Assembly: GCA_002633005.1 (NCBI GenBank)
Contig: NMRA01000683.1
Span: 76,657-140,656 of the forward strand
Length of the DNA: 64,000 nucleotides
Source of the DNA: Phoronis australis
Lineage: Eukaryota; Animalia; Phoronida
Direction of reading: 5' to 3'
Numbering within the stretch: the first letter of the stretch is position 1; each line of letters starts with the position of its first letter. Both the position numbers and the translations under genes were made by a program. Shown piece by piece: positions 39,301 through 51,809 of this stretch. The notes under the pieces were generated by a model. That model saw only the letters and a program-made list of their open reading frames with translations. It did no database searches and was not told the DNA's origin.

Positions 39301-42300
39301 ATTTTTGACTGGTCATTAAGCTACAAAACTAGGCTAAACATTGAGCTCATTTATCACTTCGTTCAGTAAATCTGATGACATAACAGCATCTTCGGCAGAA
39401 ATAGCATCGTCATCATCAACATTTTCAGGAGAGCCTAAACGCATTGCTGCAGACAACCTCGAAAAAAATCCAGCAATCTGCGATTCACTTAACCATTCAT
39501 CACAAGTAAACATTTTCCCAGTGGGTTCTCGTAATGTTTTCATCATTTTCGCCACTTCCGAGGGTGAACGTTTTTTACCTGACTTTTCTCCTTCATCAAA
39601 TATCTTTGTCAGAAAGTTCTTGACCTTTACTGAAAATCTTGTCGACCTTCTACCTTTTTTCAATGCCCACCCTATTACTTCAGCATTGGTCTCATCCACA
39701 CTGTACTCTGAGGCTGCCTCAAATGATGCTCCAGTTCTTGCACTTAAAAGCATTTCTGACCACTGTCGTGCGATGTGATCATACGTAGTTTCCCTTTGTA
39801 AATGTTTGGAGTGGATACCCACATCCAAATGCTGACTCAGTTCTGCGTCGCTAGCAAAGAATTTCGAGCAGCCATGCTGGGTGCACGGGAACTTTTGTTG
39901 AGGCTCTTCACTAGAAACAATGCCAACCTTAACTCTTGGTGTTGAAAATTCACCATGTCTAAGGACGTTAGTAGATTTCAGAGACATAGGTTTTCCCATT
40001 TTCTCAGTGTTTGTAAGCAGCTTACCGTCACCTATATGGAAAGATTTCCACACGCGAATTCCTTGAGTGGAATAGTGGAAATTTGTAAATGTGCTAATAC
40101 CAGGAACTGAGTATTTTGGAAAAGACTTTGGTGCATTGACTGTACATGCAGACACATAACATCCCTTCACACCGCCACTGGAAAGTAATGCTTCTTTCAA
40201 ATCCAAAAAATTTCTGATATTGTTTCCTTCAGCTACAAAGTACTTTGCGTGTTGTTTTAGTGGAGCAATCTTGCGATCACAGAGATCCTTTCCCTTTTGA
40301 CTTTCACTAAAGTCATACCTAGAAACAGAAATGCCGGTAGATTGTGACAAGGCTGCAATGTTTAGGAGCAGAGGAGCTGAGTGGTAACATCCAGCATTAT
40401 CTGAGCGTAGAAAGGCCTCGGTGATCTCAGGTTTGGCCTTCTTCACTTGTCGCAAAACATCTAGTATGAGGCAACAAACTGTGTGCCAATCTTGTTTGCA
40501 CGTATCGAGAGTGTGCACATAAGTGCGTACCTATAACATGAACAAAAAAGCTTGTTTAGATTAAGACACCATGCTACATGTAGCTGCAAGTTAAGAAAAT
40601 TAACAAATGCACAACAATAAAAGTATAAATTTCTCATGGGCACCTGCACTTTGGCAAAGAAGAGAGCTCGGTAAGCCTCGGTTGCTACTAAGTGGCAAAG
40701 CAGAAGTAAAAGCTGCTGAAATTTATTTTGGCTGAATTCTTTCATCTTTGAAGATCTGATGGTTTATACTATATTACCATCATCATAAGATTTTACCATT
40801 GTAACAAAACAGGCCTATCTAATAAATGAGAAAACATGACTAGACAGAATTTGATACGATTATTTTGGATTTGTACTACATTTAAAAAACTACAATGGCC
40901 ACCAGGTGGTGCAACATGAGGTGGTGTTGTCATCTTTCTAAAAACAGCTTTGTCATAAAAAACACGAGATACAGAGGTAGATCCACCAAAACTTCTCGAA
41001 GGAGCAAGGTGGTCAATGAAAATCCACGGTTTGTATATTTTAGTTAAACAACATAGAAAATTGAAAACATTTTCCGCTTAGTTTTTATATAATGCACATA
41101 TTTACCTCATGAGCAAGGCCTTCTTTACGACTTATACAAGCTGAAACATGCCATGAGATGCCCTTTTTTCCAAACCATTCTGCTTGTGCCTCCCTGAAGT
41201 TGATTGGCATATACTTCATGGCAAAATCCATCACAATAAGCACTTGGGAAGACGCAAGGGTCTCCATGACAACAGTCTTTGCCCGTTCTTGGTTGATGCC
41301 CCGTACAATATGACAACGCCACTCAAGAATTCGGTCAGAAGCAGAAGACACTGAATGAAGAATCTCTTCTTTCTGTTCGGGATAGCTACAAAAAGACGAC
41401 TTCATACAATCGCAAATAAAAAAGCACAGAATCAACTTATTTAGGCAATATCAGTTTGGACTCAGTAATTGCTAGTTTCATAGAAAATTTTCTTTCAAGT
41501 TAGAGTTAATACAGTCTGAATATCAACTCCCGTGAAAAAATTACATAACAAGACCTCTGCATTTACACATAGCAAGAACACTGCATCCAACTGGAAGCGA
41601 AAAGCTTATGACAATAGTTTTAGTGATAAATAAGTTATATGTGTTTCGATATGATTTGTGACTTGGTTGGGGGACTATTACTTTACATGAGATCATTAAC
41701 ATCTCTCTGACTAATGCCAAGCCTAATTAAAAAATATGATGTGTACGTAATTGTACCACAAATTTTAGCAACTTTGATTTCTTTTTGTCCTTATCTAGAG
41801 ACGATGTGCTAAGAGACTAGCCTGGTTATTTTTCTGAGATACACCATTATTTTACAATAATCATTTTAGGTCTTGCATTAGATGTTATTATCAAAGTATA
41901 GTGCATGGGGTCTGAAGCACATTGCATCAGCCGAGCCCATTGTACCACACCCTTGAAGTATTTTTAGTTATTGACAAACAAATAATACAGTTAACACTGA
42001 GCTGAGGAGCTAAACACACTGCTTAAGGGTCTTGCAGTGGGGCCCCGTGCAATTTTAACCCACGACCTCACTATTAGGAGGCGAACACTCATCCCACTAG
42101 GCCATTGCCATGATTGCCGTCTCGATGTTCTAATACACGGATGAGCACATCATAAAGGTCATGTTATTTGACAGGTCTTCTTACCTAAAAATAATGTCAG
42201 GGTAATCACATGCATTCTGTAATTCCAGTAGAACAGCTTTGAGGTCCTCGCATCGATCACATTTCAAGAGATGCTGGTGTTGACATTCCTGTTTGAATTC

Positions 42301-45300
42301 CTTCTCTGATCCAGACAGTGCATAAGACAGACAATGGTCTGCGCACTCACTCTCAATTTTCACATGTAGACTGAAGTCTCCTTTTAGGTAATCCTTCGCC
42401 TGTTTTAATCGAAGAGACATGTTGCTTTTCCAAGATTCTGAAAGACCTAAAATAAAAAATATTTGTAGATCAAGCTACTTATCTCTCAAATGCACGAAAC
42501 AAAGCCATGCCGTTCTACATACAAAGTGAAGATAAGGCTAGATTACAATATATTATGACAGCTGACACTATAAATCATACAGTTCACACATATTTTGTAG
42601 AACAGGCAACACTTGGACATCTAGAGAATGGCTGGTAACTGCCTCCAGAAAATTGATGTATGAACCGCTTTTATGAACACATGGTTGCCCCTAGGTAAAT
42701 TCAATGCGTCCGGGTGCTACAGCATTGCCACTCGTTCAACTAACATTCAGCTCTAAATTCAAAGAGACAAAACTCTTGACTACTTGAAATGTTACTGTCA
42801 AATGCTTCGTCTGCTCTTTTTCCATTTTAGCAAAGACAGATGAAGGGGTAAAAGAAACGAAACAATATTTAAAAAAAATAAAACATGAAAATACCTAAGC
42901 CTTTGAGGATAAGAATAGCATCATTCAGCTCTGCAAAGGCAGTCGATCCTTCGTTTGCTATGTTGTCTAACCCACTGAGACTCTTCTGTTTTGATGCAGC
43001 ACAAACCTGAAAAGCAATGAGTGTAACAGGGAAATGGTAATTATAATGCCTATCTTCTAATTGTTAAAGTATTCAAAAGAAATATTTGAACAAGGTATGA
43101 GAGCTGAAATACGCCCTGTAGCAACAACCATTTCTTTTTGTTCCAGTGCCCCATCACGGTGTTCCCACCTCTCCTACGTCTAAGTGCCATGCTCTCAAAA
43201 AGATGGAGGCATCTTAGTCACTTGTATTATAGCTGAGGTGCTGAAGTGTCTAGGTTTTCAAAATAAATGACGTCTGGTTAATAAACTTAAAAAAGAGAGA
43301 AGATACTATGTCTTGGAAAACTGATGTGAAATAAACTGCAATGGTTGCACAGAATGAGCTGAAAAATAATCAGTATTTTTCAAACTTATTACCTGCAGTA
43401 TTTGATACAAGGTGCTGCGTCCCAGGGGAGTCATACCATTTTCATAGCAGTACTGTTCATACATGACAACAATCCTCGAATGTATGACTGTTCTAACAAC
43501 GTTTGGTACTTCCAACTTTTCACCTGTCGACAACTTCAGTGTTTTTGTACCGTACGCAACATCCTGAAGAAGATGAGGGGATGATATATAACCCAGGAAA
43601 TGTTGCACCTTTTCCAAAGGCATCTTGTGACGTGTCAATTTTACTTGTTGTATTTGCACACCAGGCCCGACTTCAGTAGCTCTTTTTCGTGCTTGTGCAA
43701 TCCTGTAGCATGTAAGGCCAGGAATCAACTTCATCAATTCCGTCATAGAATAATCCTTAGCAAACACTGACAATATCTGTTGCTTCGTATACCAGTGTTC
43801 AGCATCGCTGTAGAGTTGTATGAGCGTTTGTAGCTCTTTAGACTGATTAGGCTCTTCCTCCTTCGCCTCCCCAAGTTCTTGCAGTAAATCGCCTGCTTGA
43901 CCAGGAGCAATGTTGTCTAAGGCGAAGTCAATGGTTTGTTTTGCCTTGCGTCTAAAATAAAATCGTGTTGACCTGGCAGCATCTTGCAAAGGTCTTTGTA
44001 ACTGGAATTTCACTGGGGAAATTCTGCCTGTTGCAATGTACTGGTTTAGAGCGCGTAGCCTAGCTTCAGGTTGAGGAGTAGGTTGATAACCAGGAGACAC
44101 AAAAACCTCCATCTCAACTCTCTCAGAGCTACCCGAACTTTCAGATGATGGAACCTGAAATGGAACAAACATTACGCTTAATTAAAAAAAAATCTGCGAA
44201 ATTTTCATCGCAAATAAAATGGTGAACATATAAGTGGCACACATTTTTAAAAACATTTCTCGATGAGGAAGCATCAAGACCATTGATAGAATATGAAGCA
44301 GAGACAAACACATGCACTGGGTGGCACCTCACTGACATCAAATGTGTAAAAATCACCATCAGCCATACTTCTCTTAATAGAACCACATTCCATTAAGCCA
44401 AATTTCATAATGACAGGGCAGTGGTAAGCTGCACAGATGTTGGACATAGTAGATGGCAATATGCACAAGTATAAAGAGCTCTACAAAGCTGAAATTTTCC
44501 ACTCAAAAATACAAGTGACCACAAACTTCCACTTGTATTCTCCAATTAGGATTCAGAAATGAGAGTGACTAAAAATTTTCATTCGTATTGCGGTTGTAAG
44601 AAGAAAGGACTAAAAAACGCCGATAGGTTGGCCACACTGAAATTTGGGAGTGTCCACAAGATTTACAGTCATATTATTGTGTGTTTTCTCATCAATCCGT
44701 GCTTATGTGAGTGGCACCCATTTTGCAGTCATGTTTTACTTTATCCACTTGTATATTCGAGAGTTAGCTCGTTTACTTCGAACCCTGATAACTATACAGG
44801 CACATAACAAATCACTAAAATCTATGATACTGCCATAAAGTTGATTTCAATAGTTAGCTAAATTACAGGTGGTTGTTCTTTTATCATGTTTAGAGCAGTA
44901 CACAATGAATGCCAAATAAACACTTTATAATAATAGCCACAAAATTTAGCACCAGTGGATAATCATTTTAGAAACAGTTAGTAGAAAGCCATCTTTATCC
45001 TACATTTTTACCATTTTTCATGAATTTTCTTTGAAGAATATGGGATGCAATGAGGCAAGCAAGAAATCAATATTGTCCGAAAACGACATTGTTTTAGTCC
45101 ATCAAAATCTCTATAGCCATAATCATAGGTAAGCACCCAAGTCTGCCCGTGACTGCATGAATGTGGAAATGGAAAGAATGCCATAGCAACAAGCTAAATA
45201 ATTCTCCTACCTCTGCCNNNNNNNNNNNNNNNNNNNNNNNNNNNNNNNNNNNNNNNNNNNNNNNNNNNNNNNNNNNNNNNNNNNNNNNNNNNNNNNNNNN

Positions 45301-48300
45301 NNNNNNNNNNNNNNNNNNNNNNNNNNNNNNNNNNNNNNNNNNNNNNNNNNNNNNNNNNNNNNNNNNNNNNNNNNNNNNNNNNNNNNNNNNNNNNNNNNNN
45401 NNNNNNNNNNNNNNNNNNNNNNNNNNNNNNNNNNNNNNNNNNNNNNNNNNNNNNNNNNNNNNNNNNNNNNNNNNNNNNNNNNNNNNNNNNNNNNNNNNNN
45501 NNNNNNNNNNNNNNNNNNNNNNNNNNNNNNNNNNNNNNNNNNNNNNNNNNNNNNNNNNNNNNNNNNNNNNNNNNNNNNNNNNNNNNNNNNNNNNNNNNNN
45601 NNNNNNNNNNNNNNNNNNNNNNNNNNNNNNNNNNNNNNNNNNNNNNNNNNNNNNNNNNNNNNNNNNNNNNNNNNNNNNNNNNNNNNNNNNNNNNNNNNNN
45701 NNNNNNNNNNNNNNNNNNNNNNNNNNNNNNNNNNNNNNNNNNNNNNNNNNNNNNNNNNNNNNNNNNNNNNNNNNNNNNNNNNNNNNNNNNNNNNNNNNNN
45801 NGCAAATACAGCAAAACTTACATTAAAGTTGGATTTGTTGACGTTCTTGTTTGTGTTCTGCTAAGCACTTCAGATAAGTTGAATTCCAATAACCAAAGAC
45901 GTACTAACCTCTCCAGAAGTACTTGAAGAACTTTTTCGGTACTGTATACGGCATGCTTTACAGATCCCTGAACAGAAAAAAAATATATTTAGAATCAATT
46001 TTCCAAAGACTTTTTTCATAAAGAAATGTACTACCTCACCTTACTACTCCCACAACATAAGTTCATGTGTCTTAATATCAAACTAAAATATTTTGGGGAA
46101 CTTATGCTGTATTTACTTAGAATTTGTCAAAAACTTGATGACCTCATGCAAGCACAGCATTATGTGATTCATTAGCTACATTCAATCAGATCACAACTGA
46201 CTGGTTATACAGAAGTGTGTTTGTGTGAAACTTCGAGCCATATTATAAAGCATCCTGTGCGGACGATGTGACATTGAACTCTTTGGGTATACTAGTACAA
46301 CAGAAACATTTGCCTGGCAAAACCATCAAACACGCGGATGTATTGAGTGTAGGACACCTCTGAAAGCTGTTCATTTCTTCAAATTTTTCTTAAACCAACT
46401 ACAGTATATTAACAGCAGACTCATTCTCTAATACACACGTGGAGATCCTGTCGGCCAAATGTAGAGCGTCACCGATCTTAAATGCTATTGTCAAGTGTTA
46501 GAGATTGGCTCACTCCCCAGACAATGGAGATTGCGCTTCATTTAAAATGCTCAGCAATGCTCTTCCAAAAGTATTTTTGAAGTTGAAAAGATGTAAAGGC
46601 ATCGACTAGCAAGAAAGATATATCCACTGAAAAACGATTGTCCCCAAACAGGGTTGAACCAGATTTGCAGGGTTAGTGCTCAACTGTCACAGCTAAAAGC
46701 CAGCCGCTAGCAAGACAACAAGTATTTATTGTTTTGCATGTTCAGCCTAGTCTATTCTGGAAGTAATACAAGTAGTACACGGGGTTCCCGACTGGCTACA
46801 TTTCCTTATGAAATGACAAGAGGGTATCATAACTATTGCTGTCAAGTCTAAACTCACCTGAGAGATCATTTCTCACCCAGAGGCAGATTATCTTCTCAAC
46901 TACTCACTCAAAAACTTCTGAGGAGCAACGTGGCTTTGAAGGTGCACCCCCCCCCCCAAGGACGATAGTATTGTCTATATATATACACACAACAACTAAT
47001 TTAGTGCAGTGCTTAAAGTTGTCCACTATTACAGCAAGGTGCTCTATAAATACTAATATGATAGATGTTATATTATAAAAGGCTCGGTCATAAAACGATT
47101 CTCTCACCTGAACCCACTGGAACGAGCTGTCCAAACTGACCCAATATCCACTGTGACAACTCGAAGTCAACGCCTCTTTCAGGCTTTCTCTTAGACGACC
47201 TTGGATGCTCAGGGTAAGAGCACTTTCTGCTGGCACGAAACCCGGGGCCAAATTCTCTACGGTGAACATCACAGATGATCTGGCTCTTCCATGACTGGTC
47301 CTGTTCAGTCAGAAATTGACCGACTCGGGCTAGTAGGAGTTCGTACTCTGACACAGGCCTTGCTTTGTGAGGTACTTTCAAGTATCGCAAATGTTCAGTG
47401 GTGTCTTTGACATGACTCACTAAAGCTACAAAGCTTTTGTCATCGCACTTTTTTGCAGAATAGATTCGAAAGGAACATGAAGGGCCATCGACGTCGTCCG
47501 CCATTTTGTCTTTTTATTATGCACTTGGTACTCTCAAAACCGGTCATTATAAATACCAATTCTTAGTCGTTTAAAGGCATTTATTTCCATTTAAAAGTCC
47601 TATAGAGTGTTAAAATTAACTTGATAATGTAAAACAAATGGAAGAAAACAAGAGGGTTACGTGTGCAATTTTTTATATAGCCTCAAACTTAACCTGAACT
47701 GACTCACCCAGTGGGCAAAGGTCATCGGGTTCAGTTTTGATACTGACCTTATAATACACCCAGAAATCATCTTGTTTTCATTTGAAAGAGCTTAAACTTG
47801 ATTTCTATAACCATTTAAAGCGGGATTCTTGCTCAACATTTTGTTCAAATGGTGTGTAAACTCTGCTCGTCATTTCCAAACTATGAAAATATACAGTTTT
47901 GCAAGACAATTTTCACTAAAATTTAATGTTGAGGCAAGATTTTTTATTGTTCAGTCATCAAGACTAACTCTTTAACTATATGATCTAAAAGTTACATAAG
48001 GCTACAAGGTGTTTTATGGCAGTAAGAAGGTCACAAAATTGGCCACTAAAACTAGCCACAAAAAGTGGTATATGGATTATCTCCCCTGTCTGGCAAAAAA
48101 CTTTCAGATTTTAATAAATGGCACAGAATTATGTACAGTTTACGTTGGTCATTCCAGCCACCAAAGTATAACTTTTGATCTGTTTTGTAAGTTGCTCATT
48201 TTTGTTGCTGAAAACATACAATTTTGGAGACGGCTAATGTGCCCAATTGTGCCAATTTGTGTTATCATGCTCCAGCGGCGAAATTAGGGGTCATTGAGTG

Positions 48301-51300
48301 CACAAAATTTGGCATTTAAGTTTTTGTTAGGATACCTATCCACATACAAAAAATGAAGTTGTTTTGAATTTTGACGTATAGACTGATTTTTGAAAATCTA
48401 CTGGTTTTTATATGGACTGCCTCTTAAGTACTCCCAGCAGCAGGGCACTATATGCATTGAGGATATTTGGAGAGTTTGTGTCGACACAAAATTCATGCAG
48501 ATAATATGAACATATAGCTCAGCAGTGCTTATATAACATTAGTGTGACATGATCATCTTAGCTGGCGCTATTGTGATGTAAGTCACATGACACAGAGTGG
48601 CGGCCAACCGTAAGATGGGCTCCGAATGAGTGAAATGACCCACCAACCCCTGGATGTACCTTACCTGCGCCCACTATTCCCATGGCCAGGATGGAGTTGT
48701 AAGCAACCTCTACGTCTGAGTCATGAGAGAACTTGCTGAGCGTGTCGAGAATTTGCAGACGTGGGTTACTGGCAGAGATCAGAGCCAGAGCCAGCGGAAC
48801 TGACCGCCGAATAACAGGTTCACCATAACGCAGCTGAAATAAAGTGGAAATGGACTATTGTAAAACTCACATGAGTTGGACACCCATAAGTTGGATTGTT
48901 GCTTAGACAAATTTCTGTGTTAGTTTATACTTGCAGTTCACGCACTTAGCCCTTCAGGCAAGTCTAATTTTGCCTTAATTATACAAAATCTCTTAGACCA
49001 ACTCTGACTCGAGCGATCTTCAGGATTTAATAATGTGAAAGTAAATCAAATCATTCAATGTTTAACAAGCCACAGTGTGATTTACCCCAAAATACATGAC
49101 ACATCATCTGAAATTAGAAAGAAGTGAAAGCATTTACATTACAGCTGAAAGCCAACCAAAAGAACGTATTGTTTCAAATGAGCGCAATAAATAGATTGCA
49201 TCCATGTAATTTAAATAAACTACACCAGATTACTTACTAAATGACCAAACGTCCTGAAGGACATCTCAGCACCAATATCCTCACCCATGGCAATCAACGC
49301 TATACCAAGAACTGCTACACCTGATAAAATATATATCACATTCATAGACTAAATCACATACTAAGAAATCTATAAGGACAACCATACTGTTTAATAACAC
49401 AGGACACTTTGCTGTTAAATTTTATTCAATTTATGTCACATGGAGTGGTCATTGTTCAACATATCTTAAACTAACAGAAGCAACAACTTACAGCCCACGG
49501 TAGATATGCACTTTGAGGGATTATCATATTTTCTGGCACCAAAACAGTGTTAGAAAGTTATTCCACTTTACAGATACCAGTGTGCAGTTTCAGGAACATG
49601 CATTCAACCACAGCAAACTTACAGGGCAAGCAGTAATTTGCAAGTGGCAAATGTTTAATTTGCAAAAAAAAATAAGCTGATTTTGCCCAAATGTTCTTTC
49701 ACCCCCTTATGTGAAAACAGCTTTCAGAGCCTGAAATAAAATTAAAGAGTTAATACATCTTGCCACTTACTCTGTTGAGAGGACAGATCTGGCTTCTCAT
49801 CCTTTGTCTCTGTTGTTTTCTTGTCCTCTTTCTTCTTGTTCTTGTCTTCTTTCTTATTGTCATTGTTGTCTGAATCTTTCTGTACTTCGTAGTGCTCTGA
49901 GCAGATATGCAGCAGATTCTGAACCTTAAGCACATTGCCAGTTCCTGCAATGAGTGAAGTGTGTACAGATTCAATATCCATGGGAAGTCTTACAACGCTC
50001 AGAGAAGACATGAAGTAGATTCTGAGATGGAATTAGACTATGCGAAAGTAAAAATGAACGCTCGATTGTGCTGACACCAAAAAATTTGCTTTTAACGTGG
50101 CAAAACTGGTGTTGAATGAGAATATCACAGGAATCTCTATTCCTCTGGTGTCTCCCGTTACGTCCGTATTTCCTATAAAACTATTGGCTTGCACTCCGAG
50201 TCCGATGAGACCTTTTGAGACCTGTTCTAATTATTAGCCCTGTCTCATTTTATGTCTGCTTGAAGATGAGACATAACTAGTCTCCAGATACAATCTTCTT
50301 TTCATGTGTCATTCAAATAACTCTTCCTGATCTACTCAATTCCTTGTTCTTTGGAGGAACTCAAAAGAGGGCAATAGTCTGATATGACGTGCCCGTATTT
50401 TGAGAACCAGTTTGATGCCTGTTATTTAGTGGAGAAAACTGGTTCTCAAAATTCGGGCACACTACATCAGACCATTACCAAAGGAGGGTACATTAAAGCA
50501 CTGAATAGACAGCATTGGCATGTATTTAACAATTTTTGTTGACTATAGAATCTAGACAACTGCAGGAATATGTGTGGCTACTTACCTGCGTATGCACAGA
50601 CATCGACTAAAGTGCATGCAACAGACTTCATGGGTTCAGTCACCACCTGTAGAGTGGCTAATACTGCATCTGATGCGTCTTGTTTACCTGGGAACACAAA
50701 CAAAGAACGCCATTAATCGCAGTTGGATAACAGTATGTATGTAATGGAAAATAAATTGTGCACGTAATGGAACTTGACATTGTGTACAGAATTGGAAGTT
50801 GTTTACTCTGTGAGAATATAACAGTTTTATGCTTCAGGTTACAAAAAATTAAGGAAACAGTTTACAGCACAATAGACACACAAGGGCTTATAGCTGAAGT
50901 ACCGGTAAGTTAGCTCTCACAGCACACACAAAAAATAGCAAGATTACAGACGGGCAATGCCAACTCATGACTTGTCATTCCAGCCACTATGGTGGTGAAT
51001 TCCTCTCACCCTAAGCTGTCATTAGGGGAATTCTGGGTCATGTGGTCAGATGTGCATTGTACAACGTTTCTCGTTATCGTTTGCACTTTAACAACACTTT
51101 AAAACAAAGCCGTCACAATTCAAGCACAATTCAGGTAGTAAGAACAATTTTAGACAACAGAAGTATGTTAAAACCAGTACCAGAAAATCAGAACAAAAAT
51201 CTCTTGTTATACTAGACTAGCGGATAAAAACACAAATGTCATTCAGCAGATTGCTCCAAAGCCAAATATCCATTTTCTGTGCAAGGATCATACCTAAATA

Positions 51301-51809
51301 TGTGAGGGCTAGACCGAGTGCTAAGAACTTGGCATAGGAATCTTTCAGTTCCAACTCAGTTTTTTCCATCAACGCCTGCAGTAATGTTGATGTGACCTCA
51401 CTATTGCAGCTGCCTACTGCTATCATCCCGCAGGCAAGTCCAGCCACTCCCAGCACCTACAGATACAGACATGTGTAGTGGTAATGCCACACAGGCACAA
51501 TTACGTTCACTACCTAGATTGTATATTACAAACTAACAATACAAGACATGTCTCAAACGCTCTGCATCAGCAAGATTAGAAGAGTCATTAATCCATCACT
51601 GTTCGTATTTAATTACAATACACGTGCCTTTGTGATCGCTAGTGTTTAGTAATAAACATGGCAAAAGAAACGTATAACAAAATTTAACTCAGATAAAGTG
51701 CAGTCACACTGCCATCCTTACCTCCATATTGGACTTGGTGTCACCAAAGACAGGCAGTATTAAACTTATAACATCTTTTCTGTTGGAGCCAGCGTATGCC
51801 AGACCAAGA
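36289..51809 (-). CDS. PSMD2: 26S proteasome regulatory subunit RPN1/PSMD2, seven internal exons (partial gene)
   Basis: Exons 51809-51722, 51456-51294, 50687-50586, 49944-49771, 49320-49238, 48833-48665, 36394-36289 join in phase: [10 protein letters not shown]..., [78 protein letters not shown]. Confidence 0.96.
37836..38139. mobile_element. MITE (ATCCGCCCCTG family) nested in the Sola3 element
   Basis: cactggtggatttag... and ...aaatcctggatccgcccctg; homologous to 1075-1232 and 62304-62379. Confidence 0.65.
39334..47504 (-). CDS. Sola3-type transposase, at least 1022 aa, 7 visible exons plus probably one in the N gap
   Basis: Exons 47504-47108, 45967-45909, 44154-43393, 43006-42895, 42446-42185, 41385-41106, 40530-39334 join in phase with no stops. 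Motifs [34 protein letters not shown] (candidate DDD triad), C2H2 finger CTQHGC..F.....L..HL...H, and GWALK. Confidence 0.85.
41995..42110 (-). mobile_element. tRNA-derived SINE-like fragment in a transposase intron
   Basis: A-box-like TGGCCTAGTGG, B-box-like GGTCGTGGGTTAAAAT, then a CORE-like acccttaagcagtg segment. Confidence 0.45.
48665..48833 (-). CDS. PSMD2: PSMD2 exon ([18 protein letters not shown]...MGIVGAG)
   Basis: Canonical AG/GT sites. Confidence 0.93.
49238..49320 (-). CDS. PSMD2: PSMD2 exon ([27 protein letters not shown])
   Basis: Canonical AG/GT sites. Confidence 0.93.
49771..49944 (-). CDS. PSMD2: PSMD2 exon ([17 protein letters not shown]... charged loop)
   Basis: Canonical AG/GT sites. 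Confidence 0.93.
50370..50479. mobile_element. 110-bp hairpin MITE (~45-bp TIRs, GG...CC ends)
   Basis: ggcaatagtctgat...gtgcccg.attttgagaaccagttt and its inverted copy. Confidence 0.7.
50586..50687 (-). CDS. PSMD2: PSMD2 exon ([12 protein letters not shown]...VDVCAYAG)
   Basis: Canonical AG/GT sites. Confidence 0.92.
51294..51456 (-). CDS. PSMD2: PSMD2 exon ([18 protein letters not shown]...LTYLG)
   Basis: Canonical AG/GT sites. Confidence 0.93.
51722..51809 (-). CDS. PSMD2: PSMD2 exon ([29 protein letters not shown])
   Basis: Canonical AG/GT sites, close to human PSMD2 by eye. Confidence 0.93.

Larger units (their letters stand above)
36879..48423 (-). mobile_element. Sola3-type DNA transposon, ~11.5 kb, inside a PSMD2 intron
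   Basis: TTAA at 36875-36878 and 48424-48427; 5'-GAG...CTC-3' termini; terminal match GAGcgacTCCATATAAAAACCA / GAGgcagTCCATATAAAAACCA; encodes the transposase below. Confidence 0.85.

Noticed and set aside
39341-39778. 145-aa plus-strand ORF
   Set aside because: Antisense shadow of the transposase last exon; no motifs.
45161-45826. Long ORFs in the track here and at 21119-21643 and 54917-55897
   Set aside because: They are runs of N translated as X.
46630-46710. tRNA gene
   Set aside because: Only a degenerate B-box-like ggttcaacc; no complete cloverleaf, more likely a SINE relic.
36879-48423. piggyBac or Kolobok assignment because of TTAA
   Set aside because: GAG/CTC termini plus [13 protein letters not shown] and GWALK motifs do not fit those transposases; they fit Sola3.
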